In this document: positions 40,741 to 53,002 of the stretch, piece by piece
How positions within the stretch are numbered: position 1 is the stretch's first letter
Layout: every line of letters begins with the position of its first letter
Origin: an uncultured Thiotrichaceae bacterium
GTDB lineage: Bacteria > Pseudomonadota > Gammaproteobacteria > SZUA-229
DNA: 64,000 nt
NCBI GenBank assembly: GCA_964441285.1
Contig: CAYTUK010000005.1
Location: 3,596 to 67,595, forward strand
Reading direction: 5' to 3'
Made by a program: the position numbers and the translations under genes
The notes under the pieces: model-generated
The model's input: the letters and a program-made list of their open reading frames with translations, nothing else
What the model was told of the DNA's origin: nothing
Databases searched by the model: none

Positions 40741-42246
40741 ATGGAATATTCTGTTAAAAGCGGCAACCCTGAAAAACAGCGTATTGGTTGTGTCGTTGTG
40801 CCTGTATATGCCTCTCGTAAATTATCGCCTTCAGCAAGAATTATCGACAGAGCAAGTAATGGACACATTTCCAATCTGGTACGCCGCGGTGAAATTGAGG
40901 GTGATCTGGATAATATCTTATTACTGCATAATGTTGAAAACACCCTGTGTGATCGAATTTTACTTATTGGCTGTGGCAAAGAAAAAGATATCGCTCCCCA
41001 TACTTTCCACCAAATAAACCACACTATGGTAAAAACTCTGAATGCCAGCGGTGCCACTGAAATTGCCTCTTATTTAACAGAGATTCCCGTTAAACAGAAA
41101 GATCTGAACTGGAAAATTCGTCATTCAATCGAATCCATTGATGCAGCACTATATAACTTTAATCAGCTAAAATCAGAAAAGCAGGAGCTCCGTCGCCCAA
41201 TACGCAAATTCATCTTTAGCGTTTCAGGACGGGGACAATTAACTCAGGGTGAAGTTGCCGTACGACAGGGCATGGCAGTCTCGGATGGCATACATATAGC
41301 TAAAGATCTCAGTAACCTGCCATCGAATATCTGCACGCCGAATTATCTTGCTAAATCAGCGATAAAACTCGATATACAGCATGCAAATATCAACACTACC
41401 GTGCTGGAAGAAGCTGACATGGAAAAGCTGGGTATGGGAGCATTGCTTTCCGTATCTAAAGGCAGTCGTGAACCCGGCAAGCTTATTGTTATGGAATATA
41501 TGGCCGGTGATAAAACACAAAAAACCATTGTGCTTGTCGGCAAAGGTGTCACCTTCGATTCTGGTGGCATTAGTCTGAAACCGGGCGCAGGCATGGACGA
41601 GATGAAATATGATATGTGCGGTGCGGCCAGTGTCTTTGGTACGATTGATGCCTGTGCTGAATTACAGCTACCAATAAATATTGTCGGCATTGTACCAACG
41701 GTTGAAAATATGCCTGATGGTCTCGCTTGTAAACCTGGTGACATTGTAACCAGCATGTCGGGACAAACCATTGAAATTCTCAATACTGATGCTGAAGGTC
41801 GACTGATTTTATGTGATGCACTGACTTATGCCGAAAAATTTGACCCTGATGTAGTGATTGATATTGCCACTCTCACCGGTGCCTGCATTGTTGCTTTAGG
41901 TGCGCACCCTGCGGGTTTAATGAGTAACCATAGTCCGTTGGCAAATGATCTGTTAACGGCAGGCAAACAGTCTGGGGATCGCTGTTGGCGGCTGCCTTTA
42001 TGGGATGATTATCAGGAGCAGCTCGACAGTAACTTTGCCGACATAGCGAATATCGGTGGCAAAGGCGCAGGCACTATAACAGCAGCTTGTTTTCTTTCGC
42101 GCTTTACCAAAAAATATCACTGGGCACACCTGGATATAGCCGGTGTTGCATGGAACAGTGGCAAACAAAAAGGCGCGACAGGTCGCCCTGTTGGTTTACT
42201 AACGCAATATATACTCGACCGACTGGAAGCCTCCAAACTCCACTAA
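40741..42246 (+). CDS. pepA: Leucyl aminopeptidase (cytosol aminopeptidase PepA)
   Basis: Start MEYSVKSGNPEKQ, compared with E. coli MEFSVKSGSPEKQ. The M17 motif is NTDAEGRL. GGAG lies upstream of ATG 40741. Confidence 0.93.
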   Translation: MEYSVKSGNPEKQRIGCVVVPVYASRKLSPSARIIDRASNGHISNLVRRGEIEGDLDNILLLHNVENTLCDRILLIGCGKEKDIAPHTFHQINHTMVKTLNASGATEIASYLTEIPVKQKDLNWKIRHSIESIDAALYNFNQLKSEKQELRRPIRKFIFSVSGRGQLTQGEVAVRQGMAVSDGIHIAKDLSNLPSNICTPNYLAKSAIKLDIQHANINTTVLEEADMEKLGMGALLSVSKGSREPGKLIVMEYMAGDKTQKTIVLVGKGVTFDSGGISLKPGAGMDEMKYDMCGAASVFGTIDACAELQLPINIVGIVPTVENMPDGLACKPGDIVTSMSGQTIEILNTDAEGRLILCDALTYAEKFDPDVVIDIATLTGACIVALGAHPAGLMSNHSPLANDLLTAGKQSGDRCWRLPLWDDYQEQLDSNFADIANIGGKGAGTITAACFLSRFTKKYHWAHLDIAGVAWNSGKQKGATGRPVGLLTQYILDRLEASKLH

Positions 42247-42291
42247 ACTCAGCTTCATCGAAAAAACAACCCGGCCTTCGAGGTAAGCACA

Positions 42292-42924
42292 ATGCCTGAT
42301 TATAAGCATCGAGAAATTCCTGTACTGGATGATATTATTTCCACGGCAGTTGATAGCAACAAACAGAAGGGAGACACAATCAGTATTGATACCGAACCAT
42401 CCGATGAACTATTCATCACTGCAATAGATGGGCCTGTATTGACTTTACCAGAAGCAATTGATGGCGATGAAACTCGCCACTTTGCGGTTCACCGTATTGA
42501 ACCCGCAATCGGCACAAACTTAAACCCCAATACCAATCCTGAGCCTGTAGTTGAACACCCCGCCAAACTGGATAAAACTGAGACACCATTATCCAGAACA
42601 GCAGCACCAACTAATCTGCTATATCACTACTCACCCGAAGAAAATATTAATCCTGAAATGGAGACTGATGGTTTATACACCATGGGTTCTCATCAACTTG
42701 AAACTAATTATGCCCACTATAATCCATCGCATCACCCCATAGAGAATCAACCACTGGCCGAAACCGAGAATAAAATCGCTACCGACATACACGGCATTAA
42801 TTTTGATATAGAAGCAATAACCGAACAGATCATCCAGCAGATATTGCCCAATATTGAACAACAGTTACGCCTGCTGGTACATGATGCGCTGTCAACAAAC
42901 ATCAAAACCTCAGCGCCTGAATAA
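42292..42924 (+). CDS. Hypothetical acidic, Pro/Asn/Thr-rich (probably disordered) protein at the position where holC usually lies
   Basis: A 210-aa ORF in the pepA–valS interval. It has no similarity to DNA polymerase III chi that I can see. The C-terminus IEAITEQIIQQILPNIEQQLRLLV is helical. Confidence 0.45.
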   Translation: MPDYKHREIPVLDDIISTAVDSNKQKGDTISIDTEPSDELFITAIDGPVLTLPEAIDGDETRHFAVHRIEPAIGTNLNPNTNPEPVVEHPAKLDKTETPLSRTAAPTNLLYHYSPEENINPEMETDGLYTMGSHQLETNYAHYNPSHHPIENQPLAETENKIATDIHGINFDIEAITEQIIQQILPNIEQQLRLLVHDALSTNIKTSAPE

Positions 42925-43131
42925 GCCCCCTTACTTAAGGAAGCTCTGATTAATCCATAAGACTGGATCTTACCGATCGAATTAATAATCGCTTCTCTTA
43001 AATAATAAAATCTCTCGTCTGTACACCTGATACAAACGTCGTAATCCACAGCAGCCAAACAACACTTGCTGTATAATTCGTCAGTTCAAATTTCTGCTGT
43101 TAAACAGTTAACCAAGCATTCCGAGTCTGTC

Positions 43132-45987
43132 ATGGAAAAAACATACAATCCGCAATCCATTGAGCGAAAATGGTACAAAATCTGGGAGGAAAACAACTAT
43201 TTCAGCCCCGAGAGTCACCCGGATGATTTATGCAATGATGATAAACGCGAAAACTTCTGCATTATGATCCCCCCTCCCAATGTCACCGGCCGGTTGCACA
43301 TGGGGCATGCATTTCAGGACACTATTATGGACACAATGGTTCGCTATCACCGCATGAAAGGTGACAATACCCTGTGGCAGGTTGGCACTGACCATGCGGG
43401 TATTGCGACACAAATGGTAGTGGAACGCCTGATTAATGCAGAAGGCAAAACTCGCCACAATTATGGCCGAGAAAAATTTATTGACCGCATCTGGCAATGG
43501 AAAGAAGAATCCGGCAATACCATCACCCAGCAATTACGTCGCATGGGCGCATCGCTGGACTGGTCACGCGAACGCTTTACTCTGGATGAAGGACTCTCTA
43601 CAGCCGTTAATGAAGTATTTATACGCCTGTACGAAGAAGGTCTCATCTATCGCGGTAAACGGCTGGTAAACTGGGACCCCGTCCTGCACACCGCAGTTTC
43701 TGATCTGGAAGTATTATCCAGCCAGGAAGACGGTCACATGTGGTACATGCGTTACCCACGCAGTAATGGTGCAGGGCATGTCGTGGTTGCAACCACCCGC
43801 CCTGAAACTATGCTAGGCGACTGTGCGGTAGCAATTAACCCTAAAGATGAACGCTATTCCTACCTGCTTGGCGAGTTTCTTGAACTCCCGCTGACCGGGC
43901 GTAAAATCCCCGTCATCGCCGATGAACATGTCGATCCAGAATTTGGTACTGGCTGTGTAAAGATCACCCCGGCACATGATTTCAACGATTACCAGGTCTG
44001 GAACCGGCATAAAAATAAAAATGAAATTCGCGATCTACCCAATGGGGGTTTAATTAATATCTTTACCCATCATGCCGCCATTCGTGATAACTGTGATGAT
44101 AGCAATCATATTATCCCGGATCAGTATATTGGCCTGGATCGTTATGCCGCACGTAAAAAAATAGTTGCTGACCTTGTCGCTGCCGGTTTAATGGAAAAAA
44201 TTGACAACCATAAACTGATGGTACCTCGCGGTGATCGCTCAGGTGCCGTCATTGAACCCTATCTCACCGACCAGTGGTATGTAAAAGTTGAACCCCTGGC
44301 CAAGCCTGCAATTGCTGCGGTTGAAAAAGGTGATATTAAATTTATTCCAGACAACTGGAAAAACACCTATTTTGAATGGATGAACAACATTGAAGACTGG
44401 TGCATCTCCAGACAAATCTGGTGGGGACACCGAATCCCCGCCTGGTATGATGAAATAGGCAATGTTTATGTTGGTTACGATATCAATGACGTGAGAGCAA
44501 AAAACAGATTACCTGATGACTTTCTACTACAGCAAGATGAAGATGTGCTTGATACCTGGTTCTCCTCAGCATTATGGCCATTCTCAACCCTGGGCTGGCC
44601 AGAGAAAACCGCAGAACTAGAAAAATACTACCCGACCAACGTACTGGTCACTGGATTCGACATTATTTTCTTCTGGGTCGCCAGGATGATTATGATGGGG
44701 ATAAAATTTATGGGCGATGTGCCTTTTCGTGAAGTTTATGTGCATGGTTTGGTGCGCGATGCGGAAGGTCAGAAAATGTCCAAGTCCAAAGGTAATGTCC
44801 TTGACCCCATTGATGTCATCGATGGTATTGGCCTGGAAGCACTGGTAGCCAAACGTACCAGCGGTGTCATGCAACCACATATGATTGAACGCGTGGAAAA
44901 ACTCACCCGTAAAAATTTTCCAGAAGGTCTAGCACCTTTTGGTACCGACGCATTGCGTTTCACCTTTGCTTCACTGGCTACCACCGGGCGTGACGTAGTG
45001 TTTTCCCCAGGACGGATCGAAGGCTACCGCAATTACTGCAATAAACTATGGAATGCCACCCGCTATGTTCTGATGCAAACGGAGAACAAAGACACTGGTA
45101 TTGGTATCGACATTGGCAGTAGCGAAATTGAATACTCACTGGCTGATCGCTGGATTATTTCAACACTGCAACAGCTGGAACAGCGTGTGGAACAACATAT
45201 CCAACATTCACGCATCGACCTGCTGGCACAGGAAATTTATAGTTTTGTCTGGGAAGATTATTGCGACTGGTATCTGGAATTATCCAAACCAATATTGTTT
45301 GATGACACCACCTCCGAACGAGCACAGCGTGGCACCCGGCAAACACTGGTTTGTGTACTCGAAACCCTGCTCCGACTAAACCACCCCATTATTCCATTTA
45401 TTACCGAAGAATGCTGGCAACGTATAGCACCACTGGCAGGCAAAACCGGCAACAGTATTATGTTGCAGCCTTTCCCCAAACCAGATATAAGTAAAATTGA
45501 CACTGACGTAGAAACTGAACTGGAATGGGTGAAAACTTTTGTTAGCGGTGTGCGCCGGATTCGCTCAGAGATGGATATTGCTCCCAGCAAACCATTAGCC
45601 TTATTGTTGCAAAATGCCAGCGAAAATGACCAGACCTGTTACCAGAGGAACCGGAAATTTATTGAAACTCTGGCTAAAGTTGAGTCCAGTTTATGGTTAA
45701 CCGAAAGTGACAACGCGCCAGAATCAGCGACTGCTCTGGTTGGGGAAATGAAGATTCTAATCCCCTTTGCTGGTTTAATTGACAAAACAGCTGAACTCGC
45801 GCGTCTAGAAAAGGAAATTGGCAAATATCAGATAAATATTGATAAAACCACTGCAAAGCTGGTGAACAAAAACTTCATCGAAAAAGCCCCGCCAGTGGTC
45901 GTAGAAAAAGAGCGCAACCGACTGGCTGAAATGAGCAAAGCAGTGGCGCAGTTAAAAGAACAGATGAAAAAAATTCAGGGCCTATAG
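43132..45987 (+). CDS. valS: Valyl-tRNA synthetase
   Basis: [15 protein letters not shown] (HIGH), KMSKSKGN, and a C-terminal coiled coil. The start is ATG 43132 ([11 protein letters not shown]). Confidence 0.95.
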   Translation: MEKTYNPQSIERKWYKIWEENNYFSPESHPDDLCNDDKRENFCIMIPPPNVTGRLHMGHAFQDTIMDTMVRYHRMKGDNTLWQVGTDHAGIATQMVVERLINAEGKTRHNYGREKFIDRIWQWKEESGNTITQQLRRMGASLDWSRERFTLDEGLSTAVNEVFIRLYEEGLIYRGKRLVNWDPVLHTAVSDLEVLSSQEDGHMWYMRYPRSNGAGHVVVATTRPETMLGDCAVAINPKDERYSYLLGEFLELPLTGRKIPVIADEHVDPEFGTGCVKITPAHDFNDYQVWNRHKNKNEIRDLPNGGLINIFTHHAAIRDNCDDSNHIIPDQYIGLDRYAARKKIVADLVAAGLMEKIDNHKLMVPRGDRSGAVIEPYLTDQWYVKVEPLAKPAIAAVEKGDIKFIPDNWKNTYFEWMNNIEDWCISRQIWWGHRIPAWYDEIGNVYVGYDINDVRAKNRLPDDFLLQQDEDVLDTWFSSALWPFSTLGWPEKTAELEKYYPTNVLVTGFDIIFFWVARMIMMGIKFMGDVPFREVYVHGLVRDAEGQKMSKSKGNVLDPIDVIDGIGLEALVAKRTSGVMQPHMIERVEKLTRKNFPEGLAPFGTDALRFTFASLATTGRDVVFSPGRIEGYRNYCNKLWNATRYVLMQTENKDTGIGIDIGSSEIEYSLADRWIISTLQQLEQRVEQHIQHSRIDLLAQEIYSFVWEDYCDWYLELSKPILFDDTTSERAQRGTRQTLVCVLETLLRLNHPIIPFITEECWQRIAPLAGKTGNSIMLQPFPKPDISKIDTDVETELEWVKTFVSGVRRIRSEMDIAPSKPLALLLQNASENDQTCYQRNRKFIETLAKVESSLWLTESDNAPESATALVGEMKILIPFAGLIDKTAELARLEKEIGKYQINIDKTTAKLVNKNFIEKAPPVVVEKERNRLAEMSKAVAQLKEQMKKIQGL

Positions 45988-46036
45988 CTGGGTGATGCAT
46001 TGATGGCGGGGCAAACAATAAGACATCATCACCCTT

Positions 46037-46378
46037 TCATGGTGAAACAACATTCATCTCCAACACAACAATCTCGCCAGCCTGCTCACTTGAGAGGCGC
46101 GATAACATTGTGATCATTTCCTCCTGCTCACCACTGTCACATATCCACTGTTGCGTGGATTTATTGTAATCAAAATGAAAGCCACCGGATTTTGCCGCCA
46201 TCCAGAGTTGATTCATTGCACTCTGTTTGCTAAAAATAATTTTGCTGCCATTAACAAACTCCAGCGTTAAAACACCCCCTATTTCATCGTAGTCGATGTC
46301 TGCCCCGCAGTGATCAATTGCATTCTGTAAAGCTTCTATTGTCTGCTCGGCAATGTCATTAAATTCTGATTCATTCAT
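46037..46378 (-). CDS. cyaY: Frataxin homolog CyaY (Fe-S assembly)
   Basis: MNESEFNDIAEQTIEAL…GGVLTLEF.NGSKII..KQ…NQLWMAAKSGGFHFD…WICDSGE aligns with E. coli CyaY throughout. Confidence 0.88.
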   Translation of the reverse strand: MNESEFNDIAEQTIEALQNAIDHCGADIDYDEIGGVLTLEFVNGSKIIFSKQSAMNQLWMAAKSGGFHFDYNKSTQQWICDSGEQEEMITMLSRLSSEQAGEIVVLEMNVVSP

Positions 46379-46403
46379 ATTAAACCCCTTAAGATTTTTA
46401 CTT

Positions 46404-47867
46404 TCACATCTTACTGCGAATTAACGCATTCACCTGCGCTGGATTGGCTTTGCCTTTGGACATTTTCATTACCTGTCCAACAAAGAAACCCATCATTTTA
46501 TCTTTGCCGCCTTTCAGTTCTTCAAATTGAGTCGGATGATTGTTTATCACTTCGTCAACCATTGCTTCAATGGCACTGGTATCGGTAATCTGTTTCAGAC
46601 CTTTATTCTTTATTACTTCATCGGCACTGCCTTCACCGTTCCACATTGCAGCTAAAACATCTTTGGCTATTTTCCCGGAGAGGGTATTGTCTTTAATGCG
46701 CATTAACAGCTTAGCAAAATCTTCTGCGCTAATGCTGAGCTGATCAATGTCTGTTTCTTCACGATTTAACCGTGCTGACAGTTCACCGGTTATCCAGTTA
46801 GCGGAAAGTTTTGCGTCTTCCGTTTGCCTGGCGACTGTTTCAAAATAATCGGCCAGTTTTCTGGAGGCAGTAATTACGCTCGCATCATAAGCCGTCAGCC
46901 CAAGCTCATCGATATAACGCTGTTTTTTCTGCTCGGGTAATTCAGGTAGCTCGGCACGTACCTGCTGACGATAGGCTTCAGTAATCACAACAGGCAATAA
47001 ATCCGGGTCGGGAAAATAGCGGTAATCATTGGCTTCTTCCTTGCTGCGCATAGAACGGGTTTCATTTTTAACCGAATCGTACAGGCGAGTTTCCTGCACC
47101 ACTTTCCCACCGTCTTCGATTAAATCAATCTGGCGTTCTACTTCAAGGTTAATTGCCCGTTCGACAAAGCGAAATGAGTTGATGTTTTTTAGTTCAGCAC
47201 GCGTGCCCAATGCTTTCTGCCCTTGTGGACGAACCGAGACATTGGCATCACAACGGAATGAACCTTCCTGCATATTGCCATCGCAGATATCAATGTATTG
47301 TACGATGGAGCGAATCTTTCGCATATAGGCTACCGCTTCTTTGGCATTGCACATATCGGGTTCAGAAACAATTTCCAGCAATGGGGTACCGGCGCGATTT
47401 AAATCAATCCCGGTCATACCCGCATAATCTTCATGCAGAGATTTACCCGCATCTTCTTCCAGGTGGGCGCGTGTAATGCCTATCGTTTTGGTTTCACCCT
47501 TTTCCAGCTCAATATCAATAGAACCGGTACCGACTATGGGCAAATCAAACTGTGAAATCTGATACCCCTTGGGCAAATCTGGGTAAAAATAATTTTTGCG
47601 CGCAAACACCGAGCGGTCTGCAATCTCGGCATTGATGGCCAGCCCAAATTTTATCGCCATATGCACGGCTTCTTTATTTAATACCGGCAACACCCCTGGT
47701 AGAGCAATATCCACCACACTGGTTTGTGTATTGGGTGCGCCGCCATAAGCCGTACTGGCCGCTGAAAATATTTTTGATCGGGTTGCCAGCTGTGCGTGAA
47801 TTTCCAGACCAATGACCGTTTCCCATACAATATCAGTAGCAGCCATTAGTTGAACTCCTGTGGACAT
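46404..47867 (-). CDS. gatB: Asp-tRNA(Asn)/Glu-tRNA(Gln) amidotransferase subunit B
   Basis: [13 protein letters not shown]…SKIFS…, typical of GatB. The length is 487 aa. Confidence 0.92.
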   Translation of the reverse strand: MSTGVQLMAATDIVWETVIGLEIHAQLATRSKIFSAASTAYGGAPNTQTSVVDIALPGVLPVLNKEAVHMAIKFGLAINAEIADRSVFARKNYFYPDLPKGYQISQFDLPIVGTGSIDIELEKGETKTIGITRAHLEEDAGKSLHEDYAGMTGIDLNRAGTPLLEIVSEPDMCNAKEAVAYMRKIRSIVQYIDICDGNMQEGSFRCDANVSVRPQGQKALGTRAELKNINSFRFVERAINLEVERQIDLIEDGGKVVQETRLYDSVKNETRSMRSKEEANDYRYFPDPDLLPVVITEAYRQQVRAELPELPEQKKQRYIDELGLTAYDASVITASRKLADYFETVARQTEDAKLSANWITGELSARLNREETDIDQLSISAEDFAKLLMRIKDNTLSGKIAKDVLAAMWNGEGSADEVIKNKGLKQITDTSAIEAMVDEVINNHPTQFEELKGGKDKMMGFFVGQVMKMSKGKANPAQVNALIRSKM

Positions 47868-49333
47868 TGCGTGTGCCAGTGTGTCTGTTGCTGATACTGA
47901 TGTGCCACATTCAGCAGTTTTGCCTCTGCAAAATGGTGACCAATAATCTGTAAGCCTACTGGCATATTACTGGCAAAACCAGCAGGAATAGATATTGCGG
48001 GTAAACCCGCCAGATTAACGGCAATGGTGTAAATATCAGACAGGTACATTGAAATTGGGTCGTTAGATTTTTCCCCCAGATTAAATGCGGTTTCCGGTGT
48101 TACTGGTGCCATAATCACATCCACCTGTTTAAACGCCTGTTTAAAATCATCACTAATCAATTGGCGCAATTGCTGTGCTTTTAGATAATAGGCATCGTAA
48201 TAACCCGATGACAGCGCATACGTTCCCAACATAATACGCCGCTGGACTTCCGCACCAAATGCTTCACCACGGGAGCGAGTATATAAATCGTTCAAATCTT
48301 TGGGGTTTTCACAACGGTAACCGTAGCGCACACCATCGAGTCGTGACAGGTTAGCCGAACACTCTGCCGGTGCCACTACATAATAGGCTGGCACGGACAA
48401 CGCGTTGTTAGGTAATTCAATATCAATTAATTCTGCCCCCATCAACTGATACTGTTTCAGTGCGGCTTTTATCACAGTTTCAACATCGGCATGCATACCG
48501 TTTCCGTTTTCGTCGCAGGCAAAATATTCTTTGGGTAAACCAATACGTAAACCCTGTAGTGATTTATCTAAATCAGCAGAATAATCCGGCACTTCTTTTT
48601 CAATGCTAGTGGAATCTTTTTCATCAAAACCCGCCATCGCATTGAGGAGCAATGCACAGTCACTCGCCGACTGTGCCATCGGACCGGCCTGATCGAGACT
48701 GGAAGCGAACGCAATCATGCCAAAGCGGGAGACGCGACCATAGGTCGGTTTCAAACCGGTTATGCCACATAGTGCAGCAGGCTGGCGAATCGAGCCACCG
48801 GTATCCGTGCCAGTGGCAGCAGGAGCGATACGTGCTGCCACACAGGCCGCCGAACCACCAGATGAGCCACCCGGCACCGCATTCAAATTCCAGGGGTTTT
48901 TTACTGCACCGTAATAGCTGGTTTCATTGGACGAGCCCATTGCAAACTCATCCATATTGGTCTTACCCAACATGACCAGACCGGCGGTTTTCATATTGGT
49001 GACCACGGTTGCATCATAAGGCGAAATAAAATTATCCAGCATTTTAGAACCACAACTGGTGCGGATGCCCTGGGTGCAAAAAATATCTTTATGTGCAATC
49101 GGTACGCCGGTTAGCGCGGCAGCCCCACCTGCGGTTAATTTTTCATCCGCCCGTTTTGCCTGTGACAATGCTGCATCCTCGGATACAGTAATAAAACTGT
49201 TTAACTTCTCATCGTTCGTTTTAATTCGCTGCAGAAAATGCCGCGTAAGTTCAACGCTATTCACTTCGCCAGCCTGCAACATAGCAGCAAGCTCAGTCAC
49301 ACTTTTTTTGTAATAATCACTCATTCGATACAA
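47846..49333 (-). CDS. gatA: Glu-tRNA(Gln) amidotransferase subunit A
   Basis: The amidase signature GGSSGGSAA with the catalytic Ser. It overlaps gatB by 22 nt. Confidence 0.92.
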   Translation of the reverse strand: MYRMSDYYKKSVTELAAMLQAGEVNSVELTRHFLQRIKTNDEKLNSFITVSEDAALSQAKRADEKLTAGGAAALTGVPIAHKDIFCTQGIRTSCGSKMLDNFISPYDATVVTNMKTAGLVMLGKTNMDEFAMGSSNETSYYGAVKNPWNLNAVPGGSSGGSAACVAARIAPAATGTDTGGSIRQPAALCGITGLKPTYGRVSRFGMIAFASSLDQAGPMAQSASDCALLLNAMAGFDEKDSTSIEKEVPDYSADLDKSLQGLRIGLPKEYFACDENGNGMHADVETVIKAALKQYQLMGAELIDIELPNNALSVPAYYVVAPAECSANLSRLDGVRYGYRCENPKDLNDLYTRSRGEAFGAEVQRRIMLGTYALSSGYYDAYYLKAQQLRQLISDDFKQAFKQVDVIMAPVTPETAFNLGEKSNDPISMYLSDIYTIAVNLAGLPAISIPAGFASNMPVGLQIIGHHFAEAKLLNVAHQYQQQTHWHTQCPQEFN

Positions 49334-49336
49334 TTC

Positions 49337-49624
49337 CTACTCAATCACTCTGGGCACCAGATACAGACCGTCTTCAGTGGCGGGAGCAATTGCCATGAAA
49401 TCCTCACGTCGGTCAATTTCAGTAACAACATCTTCTCGCAGGCGCTGATTCACTTCAAAAGGATGTGACATCGGTGTCACACCTTTTGTATCCACCACAT
49501 TCATCTGCGCCACCAACGCCAGAATACTAGATAAATTTTTAGCATAATCCGCTATTTCTTCTTCCTTTACATTCAAGCCGGCCAGCCTGGCAATTTTTCT
49601 GACTTCATTAACATCAATGGACAT
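49337..49624 (-). CDS. gatC: Glu-tRNA(Gln) amidotransferase subunit C
   Basis: 95 aa with MSIDVNEVRKIARLAGLNVKEEE. Confidence 0.88.
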   Translation of the reverse strand: MSIDVNEVRKIARLAGLNVKEEEIADYAKNLSSILALVAQMNVVDTKGVTPMSHPFEVNQRLREDVVTEIDRREDFMAIAPATEDGLYLVPRVIE

Positions 49625-49951
49625 ATATTACTCCAGTGCATTGGGCAGCACTCAACAGACTAAAACGCATGGTCAGTTATAATTGACCATGAAAAACGGG
49701 GAAAATAGCATATTCTGACGTTTTGCTCCACCTGCCTGAAACTTTCTAGCCTGAAGATAAACGAAAAAGTGTGGGTAACACTTGCTCAATACCGGCCGGA
49801 TTGATACAGTACGCGCAATTCAACCTGAATTTGCGACAATTCTACCCTGAGAGTCTATAATCAACAGGTTAGCTTGAACCCTACAAATCTCTCTAGACAA
49901 TAAATAGCTACTGAAATAGTTACTGGCTAGATAACAATAACTACAGCATAA

Positions 49952-51016
<1,065 letters not shown>

Positions 51017-51084
51017 TACGAAAACAGACTATTACCGTCTTACTTCTACTTAATCTTTGTGTCAGCTTGAAATAGTTAGCCACT

Positions 51085-52020
51085 ATGCAAACAATTTTTA
51101 GCCAGGGGCCCTCCGCAACAGCCCGCATGATCATCCTTGTCATCGCTTCAATTACACTGATGACAGTTGACCACCGCTGGAACCAGCTTGAAGTGGTTCG
51201 TGGCGCATTATCGACACTGTTATACCCATTACAGTATGCCATCGATATGCCCATACGTTTCTACTACTGGGGTGATGAAGTTTTCAGCAGCCGCCAGGCA
51301 TTACTAAAAAGAAATCGTAAATACCAGATGCGCCATCTGAAAAACCAGGTGCGGTTACAGAAACTTGATATTCTGGAAAAAGAAAACGCGCGCCTGCGTA
51401 AACTATTGAGTGCAACCCCTAAAACGACTGAACACCTGTTAATTGCAGAAATTATTGGCGTTGATGTTGACCCCTACCGTCAACTAATCATTCTAAATAA
51501 GAATAGCAGTCAGGGTGTTTATGTTGGCCAGCCCATTATCGACGCACAAGGAGTCATGGGACAAGTTATTCACGTTGGGCCACTTTCATCCACGGCGATA
51601 CTCATCACTGATGCCAGCTACGCAATACCTGTTCAGGTTGATCGTAATGGTCTTAGAGCTATTGCCTACGGCACTGGAAACATCAATGAACTCGACCTGA
51701 AAAATCTTCCACACAATGTCGATATACAACCCGGCGACACACTTACAACATCAGGGCTGGGTGGTCGCTTCCCGCCCAATTATCCTGTCGCCAAAGTTAC
51801 TTCGGTTAAACGAAACACGGGGGAACGCTTTGCCCGCGTTACAGCAAAACCGCTGGCACTGCTTGATAAAACCCGTGAAGTATTATTGCTGTGGAAAAAT
51901 CAACCTAGACCACCTGCTATCACCAGCAAAAAAAATAGACAAACAGCACAGAAAAATAGCATTGCTCATATAAAAAATAGTCACCGCAGAAGCAACAGCA
52001 AACGAGGACGACAGCAGTGA
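51085..52020 (+). CDS. mreC: Rod shape-determining protein MreC
   Basis: An N-terminal anchor and a coiled coil, then GQPIIDAQGVMGQVIHVGP…. Confidence 0.9.
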   Translation: MQTIFSQGPSATARMIILVIASITLMTVDHRWNQLEVVRGALSTLLYPLQYAIDMPIRFYYWGDEVFSSRQALLKRNRKYQMRHLKNQVRLQKLDILEKENARLRKLLSATPKTTEHLLIAEIIGVDVDPYRQLIILNKNSSQGVYVGQPIIDAQGVMGQVIHVGPLSSTAILITDASYAIPVQVDRNGLRAIAYGTGNINELDLKNLPHNVDIQPGDTLTTSGLGGRFPPNYPVAKVTSVKRNTGERFARVTAKPLALLDKTREVLLLWKNQPRPPAITSKKNRQTAQKNSIAHIKNSHRRSNSKRGRQQ

Positions 52021-52505
52021 ATAAAAATCTGCGCATCGGGCTTATCACTGTCACTGCCGCTTTTATACTATCAATGATACCGCTACCCGACTGGGCGGTG
52101 AAATTTCGTCCCGACTGGGTAACGCTGGTAATCATTTACTGGGCAATGACAGTCCCCTCCAGAATCGGAGTTATTATGGCATGGTGCATTGGTCTTATGC
52201 TGGATGTCAGCCACGGCACCCTGCTCGGGCAACAAGCACTAGGACTGGTAATTGTTATTTATGTTATTCATATGCAATACCAGCGGCTGCGGGTTGCCTC
52301 CCTCATTCAGCAGGCGATCGTTATTTTTTTTCTGTTACTCATTAAACAGTTACTCATACTCTGGGTAGATGGGATGCTGGGTTACGCGCCGCATACGTGG
52401 TTATATTTTATGCCTACGTTAACCAGCACTTTATTATGGCCGTGGCTTTACCCTATCCTCCATGATCTGCATCATAAATTTGGCCGATTAACCGCTTATT
52501 CCTGA
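52017..52505 (+). CDS. mreD: Rod shape-determining protein MreD
   Basis: A 162-aa polytopic membrane protein overlapping mreC by 4 nt. Confidence 0.85.
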   Translation: MNKNLRIGLITVTAAFILSMIPLPDWAVKFRPDWVTLVIIYWAMTVPSRIGVIMAWCIGLMLDVSHGTLLGQQALGLVIVIYVIHMQYQRLRVASLIQQAIVIFFLLLIKQLLILWVDGMLGYAPHTWLYFMPTLTSTLLWPWLYPILHDLHHKFGRLTAYS

Positions 52506-52684
52506 CAAAGAAATAACTTTTAACGACTTACTGTCCCCGCATAAACTGACATATATCAATACGTTTTTAGCCATAGCTGATATATTAATCTGGATGGGGT
52601 GTAACCAACGCTCAAAAGGGTATTTTAACGACCCCATTTGGTTCACTTGCAATCAGCATCTAAAAAGCCTAATATACTCTTATT

Positions 52685-52706
52685 ACGAATGAGAACAATT
52701 CTCTTT
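52685..52706. promoter_or_regulatory. Candidate Fur box about 35 nt upstream of feoA
   Basis: AATGAGAACAATTCTC matches 12 of 16 positions of AATGATAATCATTATC. It contains the palindrome GAGAA-CAA-TTCTC. Confidence 0.4.
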
Positions 52707-52737
52707 AACAAATGGAAGCGCTTGCTTTCTAATTATT

Positions 52738-52983
52738 ATGTCCAATCCGCAACCAACAACTAATTTACTTGCACTACAAAACGGTCACAGTGGGCGCATT
52801 GCCGCAATTGATGGCGACCGCCAGATGGTGCGCCGCATGCTTGCACTCGGTTTACGTGTTGGCGCTGTTATCCATATGCTTAATCATCGTGGTAAAGGCG
52901 TTGTTATTCAAAATGCAGGCACACGCGTTGCACTCGGCTCAGTAGTTGCCGAAAAATTACACATCGAACCGCTCGAACAGTAG
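52738..52983 (+). CDS. feoA: Ferrous iron transport protein A
   Basis: An 81-aa SH3-like FeoA (LALQNGHSGRIAAIDGD…). Confidence 0.88.
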   Translation: MSNPQPTTNLLALQNGHSGRIAAIDGDRQMVRRMLALGLRVGAVIHMLNHRGKGVVIQNAGTRVALGSVVAEKLHIEPLEQ

Positions 52984-53002
52984 TGAAACAGCAGGATTAA
53001 TC

